Shown here piece by piece: positions 21,791 to 32,625 of a stretch of DNA of 63,924 nt. Under the pieces are notes generated by a model, which did no database searches, had not been told where the DNA came from, and saw only the letters and a list, made by a program, of their open reading frames with translations. Source of the DNA: an uncultured Campylobacterales bacterium. GTDB taxonomy: Bacteria > Campylobacterota > Campylobacteria > Campylobacterales > Sulfurospirillaceae. The stretch covers positions 1 through 63,924 of the forward strand of contig CAZRAK010000001.1 of the NCBI GenBank assembly GCA_964598135.1. Reading direction: 5' to 3'. The position numbers were made by a program, and so were the translations under genes. The stretch's first letter is position 1, and each line of letters starts with the position of its first letter.

Positions 21791-23157
21791 TTTATAGTCT
21801 CTTTTGCTTTTAAAATCAAATCATTCATCTTTTCTTTATACTCTTTTGCTTTTTCTTTGCTGGTTGATTCAAACCTTGTGACTAACACAGGCGTTGTGTT
21901 ACTTGCTCGCACTAAGCCCCAACCATCGTCAAAAACTACTCTTACGCCATCAACTTCTATGATTTCTTTGATATTTGGAAAGTTTTTTGGCGGATTTTTG
22001 AGTAACTCTTTTACTTTGGACACTAACTTAAATTTTTCACTTTCACTTGTTTTAACTTTTATCTCTTGAGTTGAGTAAACTTTTGGTAAAGTATCAATTT
22101 TCTCATCTACACACAAACCATTTTTTATAAGCTCTATCATCCTTAAAGTCGCATACAAAGCATCATCATAACCAAAATATCTATCATTAAAAAAGAGATG
22201 CCCACTAACCTCGGCTGCAAAATCAGCATCAAGTTCGGCAATTTTTACCTTCAAGTTGCTATGACCTGTTTTATACATCACAGCTTTTCCATAAGAGTTA
22301 ATAGTATCATACATAATTTGCGAACATTTTACTTCACCGATAACGACTGGATTTTTCATAGCTTGCGAATACAAAATAGCCATGATATCACCCTTGACAT
22401 TATATTTTTGCGTTAAAAATGCAAGCCTATCCGCATCTCCATCATAAGCAAATCCATAACAACAGTCACCTTTGAGTTCTTTTTTTATGTCTATTAAATT
22501 TTCTTCAACTGTAGGGTCAGGATGATGATTTGGAAATGTGCCATCTGGTTTAGCAAATAGAGCTTTATAGTCAAATCCTAGTCTATCTAAAATATCAATT
22601 ATTGCAACTCCAGCCACTCCATTTCCACAATCTATCACAAACTTTTCATCAAACCCTTTTAAATGTTCAAACTCTTTTACTATAAAATCTATATATCTGC
22701 TTTTTACATCAATTTGCTTGCTTGCTATATTATCTTCAATCTTCAAATCAAAATTATCTAAAATTTGCTTTCTAATTGCATATATATCTTCACCAAAAAA
22801 CGGCTTTTTATCTATTGTGATTTTAAAGCCATTGTATTGACTTGGATTGTGTGAGCCTGTTATCATCACAGAGGCATTTGGAGTTATTTCATCAAAGCTT
22901 TGATAATTTGAAAAATAGTTCACAGGAGTTGGAACTAAACCCATATTTAAAACTTTACAACTAGCTTTATTAAAACCGCTTGTCAAATACTCACATAGTA
23001 GCGGTGAGTGACTTCTAGCATCATATCCAATAGCTACAACACCACCGATTTTACTTACTTGTAAGCCTAAAAAATACCCAATTAATTTAACACTTTTTTC
23101 ATTTAACTCTTTTTCAAAAATCCCTCGAATATCATACTCTCTAAAGATTGATTTCAT
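21787..23157 (-). CDS. Phosphomannomutase/phosphoglucomutase
   Basis: FREYDIRG, ITGSHNP, DGDADR and RASNT. Confidence 0.93.
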   Translation of the reverse strand: MKSIFREYDIRGIFEKELNEKSVKLIGYFLGLQVSKIGGVVAIGYDARSHSPLLCEYLTSGFNKASCKVLNMGLVPTPVNYFSNYQSFDEITPNASVMITGSHNPSQYNGFKITIDKKPFFGEDIYAIRKQILDNFDLKIEDNIASKQIDVKSRYIDFIVKEFEHLKGFDEKFVIDCGNGVAGVAIIDILDRLGFDYKALFAKPDGTFPNHHPDPTVEENLIDIKKELKGDCCYGFAYDGDADRLAFLTQKYNVKGDIMAILYSQAMKNPVVIGEVKCSQIMYDTINSYGKAVMYKTGHSNLKVKIAELDADFAAEVSGHLFFNDRYFGYDDALYATLRMIELIKNGLCVDEKIDTLPKVYSTQEIKVKTSESEKFKLVSKVKELLKNPPKNFPNIKEIIEVDGVRVVFDDGWGLVRASNTTPVLVTRFESTSKEKAKEYKEKMNDLILKAKETIK

Positions 23158-23920
23158 TATTTATAGCTTCCTTAAATGCTTTTGCATAAGATTTTTTATC
23201 ATCTAATTTGGAGCCCATTATATCTAAGCTCCGTTTAAAATCTTCTATTATCAAATGTCCTTTGAGCAGTTCATACTTTAGATAAAGCCAATATGTATTT
23301 AAGACATCACTTTCACAATACTCTTTTATCTTTTTTAGCTCATCTGCATAAAAAAGATCCATCACTTGGTCACCTTTGACATCAAATTTTCCTGGAGCCT
23401 CAATAAGCGAACATAAAACATCTAATTTTAAGCCTCTAGTCGCTCCAAATTCGCTGATATGATCCATCAAATCTACATGAAATTTATCAGAAAATCTATA
23501 TCTATAATTATCCCATTTGCTCTTGCCAAGTTCCCGATTTTCCACCTCAAAATAAGCCTCGCAGGTTAAATTGTACTTCATAGCTCGTATCATCAAAAGA
23601 GGCATATCAAAACTTCTTCCATTGAAACTTATAAGTTTTGGATTGTGAGTATCCAAAAATTTTAAAAAATCCCGAATCATTCCCTCTTCACTCTCTCCCT
23701 CCATAGAGCTAACCTTTTTAAAAACCCCAAAATCATCAGCAATAACAGCAGAAATTGCCACAATCTTATGGTAAGGCAAAGGCAAAAAACTACTCCCGTT
23801 TTTTGCCTCTTGCTCACTCATAGCAAGATTTGAAACTTCTACATCACTACCCTCAAAATGCAAAGTTTTTCGAATCAAATAAACATCAGGAATCGTCTCT
23901 ATATCAAATACACAAATCAT
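23141..23920 (-). CDS. PolB-related 3'-5' exonuclease-family protein (WlaX/Cj1132c-like)
   Basis: FDIETIPD, SFNGRSFD and YCESDV DEDD motifs; divergent from waaC. Confidence 0.8.
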   Translation of the reverse strand: MICVFDIETIPDVYLIRKTLHFEGSDVEVSNLAMSEQEAKNGSSFLPLPYHKIVAISAVIADDFGVFKKVSSMEGESEEGMIRDFLKFLDTHNPKLISFNGRSFDMPLLMIRAMKYNLTCEAYFEVENRELGKSKWDNYRYRFSDKFHVDLMDHISEFGATRGLKLDVLCSLIEAPGKFDVKGDQVMDLFYADELKKIKEYCESDVLNTYWLYLKYELLKGHLIIEDFKRSLDIMGSKLDDKKSYAKAFKEAINNEINL

Positions 23921-23981
23921 TTTAACCCTTTTTTAGTCTTCTTTTTGTATAATTATACCCTAATACTTTGCAAGGATATGA

Positions 23982-24935
23982 ATGAAACTAGCTATTGTAA
24001 AACTCTCTGCTCTTGGTGATATAGTTCATGCTATGATAGTTTTACAATATATAAAAAAAAATATGCCCAATATCAATATAGATTGGTTTACAGAAGAGAA
24101 ATTTGCTGAAGTTTTACAAAACAATCCAGATATAAACAGAATCTACAAAGTAAGGCTGAAGAGTAATAAATTGGGCTTTTTGAAAGAGTATAAAAAACTT
24201 AAAAAACTACCAACCTATGATTTGGCTATTGACTTGCAAGGTCTTATCAAATCTGCTGTAGTTTCTAAAATACTAAGCAAAAATGTCATAGGATTTGATA
24301 AAAATTCACTCCGTGAGTCTTTGGCTTCTGTTTTTTACACAAAATCATTTGCAATTGCTTATGAAGAGAATATCATGATAAGAAATATGTCGCTCATATG
24401 CATGGCTCTAAATTTTAACATGCCAAATATACGAGATAAAAAAGCATTTTTATATGCAAACTCAAATATTGATATAAAACCAATTCTTCTTATTTGCATC
24501 GGTTCATCTTGGGAGAGTAAAGTTTACCCCAAAGAGTCATATATAAAAATTATCAACTCTTTAAATGTAAAAACTTTCATAGCTTGGGGAAATGAGAGTG
24601 AAAAACAAAGTGCCAAGCTTGTTTGTAAACAAACAAAGGCAAAAATACTTCCAAAACTAAACTTAGATGAGTTGAAAAAAGTGGTACAAAATAGCAATTT
24701 AGTAATCGGCAGCGATAGTGGTCCCACCCATATGGCATGGGCTCTAAATACTCCAAGCATTACCATATATGGACCAACACCTAGTCAAAGAAACACATTT
24801 GAGACAGATATAAATTTAACTGTAGATTGTGGTAAAATAGTAGATGTAAAAGCTTTAAATAAAAACGATTTTTGCATAAAAAACATAAAACCTGAAAAAA
24901 TCGTAAACTTGGCAAAGGAACTCTTGAAATGTTAG
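23982..24935 (+). CDS. waaC: Heptosyltransferase I
   Basis: KLSALGDIVH, DLQGLIKS and DSGPTHMA. Confidence 0.9.
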   Translation: MKLAIVKLSALGDIVHAMIVLQYIKKNMPNINIDWFTEEKFAEVLQNNPDINRIYKVRLKSNKLGFLKEYKKLKKLPTYDLAIDLQGLIKSAVVSKILSKNVIGFDKNSLRESLASVFYTKSFAIAYEENIMIRNMSLICMALNFNMPNIRDKKAFLYANSNIDIKPILLICIGSSWESKVYPKESYIKIINSLNVKTFIAWGNESEKQSAKLVCKQTKAKILPKLNLDELKKVVQNSNLVIGSDSGPTHMAWALNTPSITIYGPTPSQRNTFETDINLTVDCGKIVDVKALNKNDFCIKNIKPEKIVNLAKELLKC

Positions 24936-25822
24936 ATTATATCTATCTTTTTTTCTTTAAACTATTTGTTTTGCTAGTCAAATATATACCTAGATTTATA
25001 ACTAATGGCATACTTAATTTTTTTGCCTACATTGCCTACAAGATAGATCTTCGCCACAAAAGAATTGCTAGAGTAAACCTTGATTTGGCTTATGAAAGTG
25101 AGATGAAAGAGGATGAAAAAAGAAGAATCATAAAAAAATGCTATAAAAACTTACTTTATAATGTGAGAGATTTTGTAGAAAATCAAAATACAACCAAAGA
25201 GAATCTTTTAAGTAAAGTAACTATTCACAATGAACACTTTTACACAGATATCAAAAAAGATGGTAAAGGAGTTATATTTTTAACAGCTCATTATGGGAAC
25301 TGGGAACTTTTGCCACTTTGTATGGGTGCTCTTTACGGTAATCTTTGGGGAGTTGGACGAAATCTGGACTCACAAAAAATGAATGAAGTCTTACAAAAAA
25401 ATAGAAATCAATTTAATGTCCGCATGTTGGAAAAAACAGGCGCAATTAGAGGCTTACTACAAGCACTCAAAAAAGGAGAAAATGTAGGTCTTTTAACCGA
25501 CCAAAATACAAGTGAGAAAGAGGGAATACTTATAAACTTTTTTGGAAAGCTTGCACGGCATACTCCTTCTGCTGCTCTAATTGCTAGAAAAACAGAAACT
25601 CCAATAATTCCAGCTTTTATAACCACAAATAATTATAAAAGCTACGATATAACTTTTTATAAACCAATTATAACCTCAAAAACCGATAATAGCGAAGAAG
25701 ACATAAGACAAAGTGTGCAAGCACAAGCCGATATAACAGAATTTGCCATAAGAAAAAAATCTGATGAGTGGTTTTGGCTTCACAGAAGATGGAAAAATCA
25801 GTATGAAGAGATATATAAATGA
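24929..25822 (+). CDS. htrB: Lipid A late acyltransferase (HtrB/LpxL)
   Basis: TAHYGNWE, DQN and WFWLHRRWK. Confidence 0.9.
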   Translation: MLDYIYLFFFKLFVLLVKYIPRFITNGILNFFAYIAYKIDLRHKRIARVNLDLAYESEMKEDEKRRIIKKCYKNLLYNVRDFVENQNTTKENLLSKVTIHNEHFYTDIKKDGKGVIFLTAHYGNWELLPLCMGALYGNLWGVGRNLDSQKMNEVLQKNRNQFNVRMLEKTGAIRGLLQALKKGENVGLLTDQNTSEKEGILINFFGKLARHTPSAALIARKTETPIIPAFITTNNYKSYDITFYKPIITSKTDNSEEDIRQSVQAQADITEFAIRKKSDEWFWLHRRWKNQYEEIYK

Positions 25823-26517
25823 ACAAATTGTCTATTACAATTATCACCAAAAATAGTGAAAAAACTATCAAAAAAGCTATAAATTCCGCTAAGTTTGCCG
25901 ATGAGATAGTAGTCATAGATAGTGGCTCTACAGATAGCACCGTAAATATATGCAAAGAGTTTGGATGCAAGGTTATAAAAAAAGAGTGGATGGGTTTTGG
26001 CAAACAAAAACAGTATGCGGTCGATAACTGTAAAAATGAATGGGTTTTCGTGCTTGATAGTGATGAAGTAATCACAAAAGAGTTGCAAAATGAGATAGCA
26101 AATACCCTTAAAAAACCAAAATATAACGGCTATAAAGTAGCAAGATTAAACTACTTTTTCGGCAAAGCTATAAAACATTGTGGTTTATATCCTGATTATA
26201 CGATTAGGCTCTTTAATAAAAAAATGGGAAAATTTAGTGACGATAAAGTGCACGAAAAAATTATCATAAACACAGAAATCGGAACTTTAAAAAATCATAT
26301 GCTCCATTTTGCCTATGACAGCATAGAGGAGTTTATAAGCAAACAAAATAGATACTCGAGCTTAAATGCCAAAACAAACAAAATCAAAGCCATCCTAAAT
26401 CCACCTTGGACTTTCTTCAGGATATTTGTGTTAAAATCGGGCTTTCTTGATGGATGGAGGGGGTACATCATAGCAAAACTATATGCACAATACACTTTTT
26501 GGAAATATATAAAATGA
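25819..26517 (+). CDS. GT2 glycosyltransferase (LPS core glucosyltransferase-like)
   Basis: DSGSTD, LDSDE, YPDY, VHE and GFLDG. Confidence 0.9.
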   Translation: MNKLSITIITKNSEKTIKKAINSAKFADEIVVIDSGSTDSTVNICKEFGCKVIKKEWMGFGKQKQYAVDNCKNEWVFVLDSDEVITKELQNEIANTLKKPKYNGYKVARLNYFFGKAIKHCGLYPDYTIRLFNKKMGKFSDDKVHEKIIINTEIGTLKNHMLHFAYDSIEEFISKQNRYSSLNAKTNKIKAILNPPWTFFRIFVLKSGFLDGWRGYIIAKLYAQYTFWKYIK

Positions 26518-27587
26518 AAATTCTCATAATGAAATTTAGAAATATAGGCGATGTTCTTTTAACTACCCCTTTGATTAAAAATTTGAAGCTCAATTACCCC
26601 AATGCTATTATAGATTTTGCACTCAACAAGGGCACCGAAGAGATGCTTACTCTAAATCCAAATATAAATAAAATTCATATCTATAATCGAGAGAAAATAA
26701 AAAAATTGCCTCTAATAAAAAAGATATTGCAAGAGATAAAATTTGTAAATAAAATAAGAAAAAACAAGTATGATATAGTTATAAATACAACTGAAGGGGA
26801 CAGGGGTGCTATTATCTCTTGGTTTAGCAAAGCAACCAAAAAATTTGGATATCCAAATATAAAAAATAAATTTCTTAAAAATATATATACTCAAGAGTTA
26901 CCGTCTCAAGAGTTAAGGCACACCATAGAAACAAATCTTGATGTACTAAGAGTTTTAAATCTTCCCGTCAAAGAAAAAAAAGTAGAAATTTTTTGGGATA
27001 AAAAAGATGAAGAAAAAATAAATTCTATAGTAAAAACAAAAGAATTTCTACATATTCATCCTGTTTCAAGATGGCTTTTTAAATGTATTAACGATATTAC
27101 AATGGCAAAGATTATTGATTTTTGCAAAGATGAGCTTAAAATTGAAGTTTTTTTAACTGCTGCACCACAAAAGCAGGAGTTGGAAAAAATAAATTCCATC
27201 TTAAAATTATGCAAAAGCAAACCCCTTAATCTCTCTGGAAAATTAACACTAAAGCAAACCGCGGCCTTAAATAAACAAGCAAAATTTTTTATAGGTGTAG
27301 ATACGGCCATTATGCATATATCAGCAGCCAATAATACACCTGTTTTAGCTTTTTTTGGACCAAGTGGAGCAGACCATTGGGGGCCTTGGGATAATAATAT
27401 GATAAAATCTGGATATATAAGTAGAAGGGGTTTTAGAGGCATGGGGAGACATAGAGTTATTCAAAAAAACTGGGATTGTGTTCCTTGTGGAGAAGATGGA
27501 TGCAATGGTACTAAAATAAGTGATTGTTTAACGAATTTAAATTTTGAATTCATTAAAAAAAATATAAAAGAGATGGTAAGTGAATAA
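26514..27587 (+). CDS. GT9 heptosyltransferase (WaaQ/RfaQ-like)
   Basis: FRNIGDVLLTTP, HPVSRW and GVDTAIMH; ATG 26514 overlaps upstream TGA. Confidence 0.85.
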   Translation: MKILIMKFRNIGDVLLTTPLIKNLKLNYPNAIIDFALNKGTEEMLTLNPNINKIHIYNREKIKKLPLIKKILQEIKFVNKIRKNKYDIVINTTEGDRGAIISWFSKATKKFGYPNIKNKFLKNIYTQELPSQELRHTIETNLDVLRVLNLPVKEKKVEIFWDKKDEEKINSIVKTKEFLHIHPVSRWLFKCINDITMAKIIDFCKDELKIEVFLTAAPQKQELEKINSILKLCKSKPLNLSGKLTLKQTAALNKQAKFFIGVDTAIMHISAANNTPVLAFFGPSGADHWGPWDNNMIKSGYISRRGFRGMGRHRVIQKNWDCVPCGEDGCNGTKISDCLTNLNFEFIKKNIKEMVSE

Positions 27588-28674
27588 GAAAATAAGAGTT
27601 TTACATACAGAGTGGTCGGATGGTTGGGGCGGACAAGAGATAAGAATTATCAATGAAATGATTGCTGTAAGAGAAAAAGGTGTGGAAGTTTTTTTAGCCT
27701 GCAGAGACCATGCTAAAATAAAACAAAAAGCTATAGAAAACAATATCAAAGTATTTACTCTTCCATTTAGAGGAAGTCTTGATATAACTACAATAATGAA
27801 ATTATATAAAATTATAAAAAATTATAATATCAACATCGTAAATACACACAGCGGGAAAGATACATGGGTTGGAGGATTTGCAGCGAAGCTTGCCAAAGTT
27901 AAATTCATAAGAACGAGACATCTTTCAAATATGATAAATCCATCGAGACTGAATTTTATCAATGAATTAGCCGACTTTATCTTTACTACTGGTGAAAGTG
28001 TAAAAGAAAATATGATTAAATATAATCGCATTAACCCTAAAAAAATACTATCTGTTCCTACTGGCATAGATGAAAATATTTTTGATCCTCAAAAGTATGA
28101 TAAAAAAGTATGTAGAAAATTATTTGGTATAAAAGATGACGAAATTGCCATCGGAATAGTTGCGGTTTTAAGATCTTTTAAGAGACATGATCTATTTATT
28201 GAAGCGGCTGAGGCACTTTCAAAGAAATATGATAATCTAAAGTTTTTCATAGCAGGAGACGGTCCAAAGAAAAAAGAGATGGAAACATTGGTGTGTTTAA
28301 AAAAGCTTCAAAACAGAGTTATATTTTTGGGGCATACCCATGAACCTAGCAAAATACTCTGTGCACTAGATATATTTGCTTTAACTTCAGACTCAAAAGA
28401 GGGCGTCCCACAATCTGTCATGCAAGCTCTTTTAATGAATAAAAAAGTTCTTGCCACAAATGCAGGAAGCACAGAAGATTTATACAAAAATGATAATTTT
28501 CTAATTGTAAAAAGAGGCAGTCTAAACGCTATAATTAATGGGCTTGACAAACTTATAAATGATAATACAAAAATCAAAAAAAATCCAAGAGATTTTATAA
28601 CTAAAAATTTTTCACAAAGTGTTATGGTAGGAAAAGTTATAAAAATATATAAAAATATGGTAATGAATGATTGA
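27580..28674 (+). CDS. GT4 glycosyltransferase
   Basis: WGGQE, NTHS, KRHD and EGVPQS. Confidence 0.88.
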   Translation: MNKKIRVLHTEWSDGWGGQEIRIINEMIAVREKGVEVFLACRDHAKIKQKAIENNIKVFTLPFRGSLDITTIMKLYKIIKNYNINIVNTHSGKDTWVGGFAAKLAKVKFIRTRHLSNMINPSRLNFINELADFIFTTGESVKENMIKYNRINPKKILSVPTGIDENIFDPQKYDKKVCRKLFGIKDDEIAIGIVAVLRSFKRHDLFIEAAEALSKKYDNLKFFIAGDGPKKKEMETLVCLKKLQNRVIFLGHTHEPSKILCALDIFALTSDSKEGVPQSVMQALLMNKKVLATNAGSTEDLYKNDNFLIVKRGSLNAIINGLDKLINDNTKIKKNPRDFITKNFSQSVMVGKVIKIYKNMVMND

Positions 28675-29620
28675 TTTAAACAATAAAAAAATTCTTCTTG
28701 TAAGAAATGATAATATGGGAGATCTTATCTGTACAACCCCCGTCATAGAGGCGATAAGGAAAAGATATCCTCATGCACAGATAGATATAGTTGTTAACAG
28801 CTATAACTATATTGCCATCAATTATAATCCATTTATAGATAATATATTTTGCTATACAAAGCCAAAACATAAAGGTACCTTACTAGCAAAAATAAAAGCT
28901 AGTATAGGAAAACTAAAAATACTCTACAAAATCATAAGAGAAAAATATGATGTAGTTATAGTTTTTAGAAGTGGATACTCAAAATCAGCTGAACTTTTTT
29001 CAAATATTACAAATGCAAAATATAGAGTAGGAGTAAAAAACCCAAATGGTAAAGATAATTTTAATATACATATTAAAACCGATAACTCAATTCATGAGGT
29101 TGATTTTTGCTATGATTGCTTAAATGAGTTTGGAGTGAAAGCAGATAAGGAAAAAACATTTTTTTACCTAGAAGAAAAATTCCGTAAAAAATATAACAGT
29201 TTTAATGATATAGTTCTTTTCCATATTTCCGCCAGAATGAAAAAGAACCAAATGAGTTTTAGAAAATTAAAAAAGATTTTAAAAAGATTAAATTTTCCGA
29301 TTTATTTATCAGCTGAACCAAAAGATTTTGAAATAGCTTCAAAACTCGAACAAGAAACTGGTGCAATTTTTATAAAAACTGACTCTTTTTTAGATCTTGG
29401 CGATCTTATCTCAAGATCAAAACTATTCGTAACACTTGAAGGAGGAGCGATGCACCTTGCGCCTGCTTTAGGTATTAAAACTTTAGCTCTTTTTGGTGTT
29501 TCAAATATATCAAAATGGCATCCTTGGGGTTATGAAGATTTGGTGCTACAAGATAAAAACAAAGTTGCTGAAAATATTAATGAGAATTTTGTAGTAAAAA
29601 AAATTATGGAAAATATATGA
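28667..29620 (+). CDS. GT9 glycosyltransferase
   Basis: RNDNMGDLICTTP and EGGAMHLA. Confidence 0.85.
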   Translation: MIDLNNKKILLVRNDNMGDLICTTPVIEAIRKRYPHAQIDIVVNSYNYIAINYNPFIDNIFCYTKPKHKGTLLAKIKASIGKLKILYKIIREKYDVVIVFRSGYSKSAELFSNITNAKYRVGVKNPNGKDNFNIHIKTDNSIHEVDFCYDCLNEFGVKADKEKTFFYLEEKFRKKYNSFNDIVLFHISARMKKNQMSFRKLKKILKRLNFPIYLSAEPKDFEIASKLEQETGAIFIKTDSFLDLGDLISRSKLFVTLEGGAMHLAPALGIKTLALFGVSNISKWHPWGYEDLVLQDKNKVAENINENFVVKKIMENI

Positions 29621-30690
29621 GAATAAGAGTAAGCGATATTTTTTTCAAACCCTATCTATTTTTTTATCTCAAAAAATATTCAAATCAATTAAAAAATATA
29701 AAGTATCTAAAAAATATTCCAAAAACATTTTTAGTCATTTCAAATACCGCCCTAGGTGATGCAATCCTTTCCACGCCAGCAATTAAATCATTAAAAAAAT
29801 CTTTCCCTAATTCAAAGATAGTTGCTCTTATACATAAAAGTTATATACCACTATTTGAAAATTTCAAATATATAGACACTATCATTCCTTTTTATGGAAA
29901 ATATAAAAAAATTTTTCAAACCATAAAAGAGATAAAAAAATATCATCCTCAAATGGCTTTGATATTTCATGGAAATGGTCCTCAAGATATTCAAATAGCC
30001 ATATATAGCGGATGTGAATATATATTAAAACATCCGAATAACTCTCCTTTTAAAAAATATTTATCTTATAACTTTAAAAAAAAAGATAAACACATAATTG
30101 AAGAAAGGGTAGATCTTGTGAGAAAGATAGGAGGAAAAGAGATTGACTTAACTCTTGAAATAGGTAAACTTTCAGATAACAAATTACTAAAAAAATATAA
30201 AAAATATAAAAATTACATAGGATTTCAAGTAGGGGCTTCCGAAACATATAGAATGTGGCCTATTGAAAACTACATAAGTTTAGCAAAGAAATTTTTACAA
30301 AATGATGAAAAGATACTTATAACTGGGGTTGGGAATGAATCAGTTTATGCTGAGCAAATTATTGCTTCTTGCAACAATGAGATAAAAAATATGTGTGGGA
30401 AAACTTCTGTAAAAGAGTTGCCTTATCTAATAGACAATTTAAAATTTTTAGTTACAAGCGATACTGGAACACTACACTTATCAATAGCTTTAAAAACTCC
30501 TACCATATCACTTTTTTCTCCTTCTAGCCCAAAATATACGGGGCCATATCAAGACTTTCATATTCATAAAGTTATAAAAAAACCAGGAGAGTTTGTAAAT
30601 AACAAACCAAAGAAAAAGAGAAGTCCAGAAGCTATGAAACTCATAACCACAGATGATGTATTTAGAGAATATAAAAACATCACAAAGTAG
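29617..30690 (+). CDS. GT9 glycosyltransferase
   Basis: NTALGDAILSTP and DTGTLHL. Confidence 0.85.
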   Translation: MRIRVSDIFFKPYLFFYLKKYSNQLKNIKYLKNIPKTFLVISNTALGDAILSTPAIKSLKKSFPNSKIVALIHKSYIPLFENFKYIDTIIPFYGKYKKIFQTIKEIKKYHPQMALIFHGNGPQDIQIAIYSGCEYILKHPNNSPFKKYLSYNFKKKDKHIIEERVDLVRKIGGKEIDLTLEIGKLSDNKLLKKYKKYKNYIGFQVGASETYRMWPIENYISLAKKFLQNDEKILITGVGNESVYAEQIIASCNNEIKNMCGKTSVKELPYLIDNLKFLVTSDTGTLHLSIALKTPTISLFSPSSPKYTGPYQDFHIHKVIKKPGEFVNNKPKKKRSPEAMKLITTDDVFREYKNITK

Positions 30691-30759
30691 TCTTTAGTGA
30701 ACCCTTAAGCAACTTAATGATAAACTTATATTACTAAAAGTTTTAACAAAGATTGCATA

Positions 30760-31338
30760 ATGAATCACATTTTTTATTTTATTTACTCTTTATCATCAAA
30801 AATACCTGATAAATTGCTTTTTGGTTTTTGGTTTAAATTTGTCACAAAACTAAGGGCAAAAATATTAAATTTAATGCCAAATATGTCCATAGAAAAAAAT
30901 GTTAGAATTTATAGAAGTATGAAAATTACAAAAAAATCAAAATTAAAGATAGGAGAGAATAGTACGATAAAAGAGAACTGTGTTCTCATTGGAAATATAG
31001 AAATAGGGAAAAACTGCAATATTTTAAACAATACAAAAATAGATGGAAGTGGTATGGTTATTATAGGAAATAACTCTCATGTTGGAAGGGAAAACGATAT
31101 CTTTTCCCATTATCACGACATAAGCAAAAAAGAGATATTGGTTAATAAATCAAAAGAGATTCTTCAAACAACTATCATTGGAGAAAATGTTATGCTCTTT
31201 AGCCGTGTTGGAATAATGGGGGGTCTTGATATCCAAGATGGTGTTATAATAGGTTATGGGAGTGTAATAACTAAAAACTGTAAAAAAAATGGCATATATG
31301 CTGGAATTCCTGCAAGAAAAATTGGACAAAGAGAATAA
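30760..31338 (+). CDS. Hexapeptide-repeat (LbH) O-acyltransferase
   Basis: IGENS/IGKNC/IGNNS repeats; YAGIPARKIG C-terminus. Confidence 0.85.
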   Translation: MNHIFYFIYSLSSKIPDKLLFGFWFKFVTKLRAKILNLMPNMSIEKNVRIYRSMKITKKSKLKIGENSTIKENCVLIGNIEIGKNCNILNNTKIDGSGMVIIGNNSHVGRENDIFSHYHDISKKEILVNKSKEILQTTIIGENVMLFSRVGIMGGLDIQDGVIIGYGSVITKNCKKNGIYAGIPARKIGQRE

Positions 31339-32625
31339 ATGTATTCAGATCTTTTTTCTAAAAAAATAGTAAAAAAATACATAGATACAATTTTTCTTTC
31401 AATGTATTTTTTTTTTCTTCCTATCTCTCACTTTACCACTGCACAATCAATATCAAGTGTACTCTTTATAGTCGTAGCTTTTATTGGATACAAAAACAAA
31501 ATCTCTTTCTCCTCAATTTTTAGATATAAAAATATACTTATTGTATTTTTTAGCTTTCTTACCTTGTCACTAATTTCTCTGTTCTACACTCCAGATATTA
31601 TAGGAAGTCTTAAAGAGATAAAAAGTGAACTTGTTAGAAATTTTATTTTGATGCTGATATTTTTTTATTACTTTAGTGTCATAGAAAGTAATAAACTTGA
31701 AAAAACTATTTTTATCATTTTCTTTATACTGTTTGTCCATTCTGTTATAAATATATTTATTTGGCTTAATCATGGGGGTTGGCCTTACAGAGCTGGGGGA
31801 TTGCTTGATTCAGGGGGGGGAGAAAGATTTGGCATATGGATTACATATGCTCTTTCAGCATCAATCGCACTTTTTTTTACTAAGTGCAAAAAAAGTGCTT
31901 TTTTATTCTTTGCTATTTCAATTGTATCTGTTGCAGCAAACCAAACTAGAGCAACTTTTGTTTCAATAGTTTTGATAGGTATACTATTTTTTATATTATT
32001 CGAAAAAAATAGAAAAATCCAACTATCTTTTTTTGCAATGTTGATATTGCTAGGTCTATTTTTTTACCAATTCTCCTCAAATTTTTCATATAGATATAAC
32101 CTTAGGCATATATTTTCAAAAACTGAACAAATCATCAAAACACCACCCTCTAAATTTAATACTATTGGTATAGAAAATTCAACAGCAGCAAGGCTGAGTA
32201 TGTGGAAATCTGTCATTATTTATAGATTAAAAAATCCTTTTATTCCACAAGAATACGGTAGATTTTTATATGGAAAAAGCATAAAGAAAAACTTTAAAAA
32301 AACTCCCAAAAATTTACCTTTTGCAATCTTTGCACAAACACATAATGAATTTGTAGGAATGTTATATTCTCTTGGCATAATTGGGTTATTGATATTTATA
32401 TATTTTTTATATTACAATTTAAAAATATCATATATTTTATTTCACCACTGTGATAAAAATACAATAAAAGTATATGCCATATTTATATTTTTAGGCACTA
32501 CAGGCTTTATAGGTTCAATGATGTTTGGAAGTTTTTTTGGTGATAGTGAGGCAAAATTCTTTTACCCGCTATATGGAATGTTACTTGGAATTTACTATAA
32601 ATATGAAAAAAATATACTTTATTAG
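31339..32625 (+). CDS. O-antigen ligase family protein (WaaL-like)
   Basis: Many TMs; TRA motif, RLSMW and HNEFVGMLYSLGIIG. Confidence 0.82.
   Translation: MYSDLFSKKIVKKYIDTIFLSMYFFFLPISHFTTAQSISSVLFIVVAFIGYKNKISFSSIFRYKNILIVFFSFLTLSLISLFYTPDIIGSLKEIKSELVRNFILMLIFFYYFSVIESNKLEKTIFIIFFILFVHSVINIFIWLNHGGWPYRAGGLLDSGGGERFGIWITYALSASIALFFTKCKKSAFLFFAISIVSVAANQTRATFVSIVLIGILFFILFEKNRKIQLSFFAMLILLGLFFYQFSSNFSYRYNLRHIFSKTEQIIKTPPSKFNTIGIENSTAARLSMWKSVIIYRLKNPFIPQEYGRFLYGKSIKKNFKKTPKNLPFAIFAQTHNEFVGMLYSLGIIGLLIFIYFLYYNLKISYILFHHCDKNTIKVYAIFIFLGTTGFIGSMMFGSFFGDSEAKFFYPLYGMLLGIYYKYEKNILY
31813..31820 (+). repeat. G8 homopolymer inside O-antigen ligase
   Basis: TCA GGG GGG GGA GAA; eight consecutive G. 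Confidence 0.8.
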
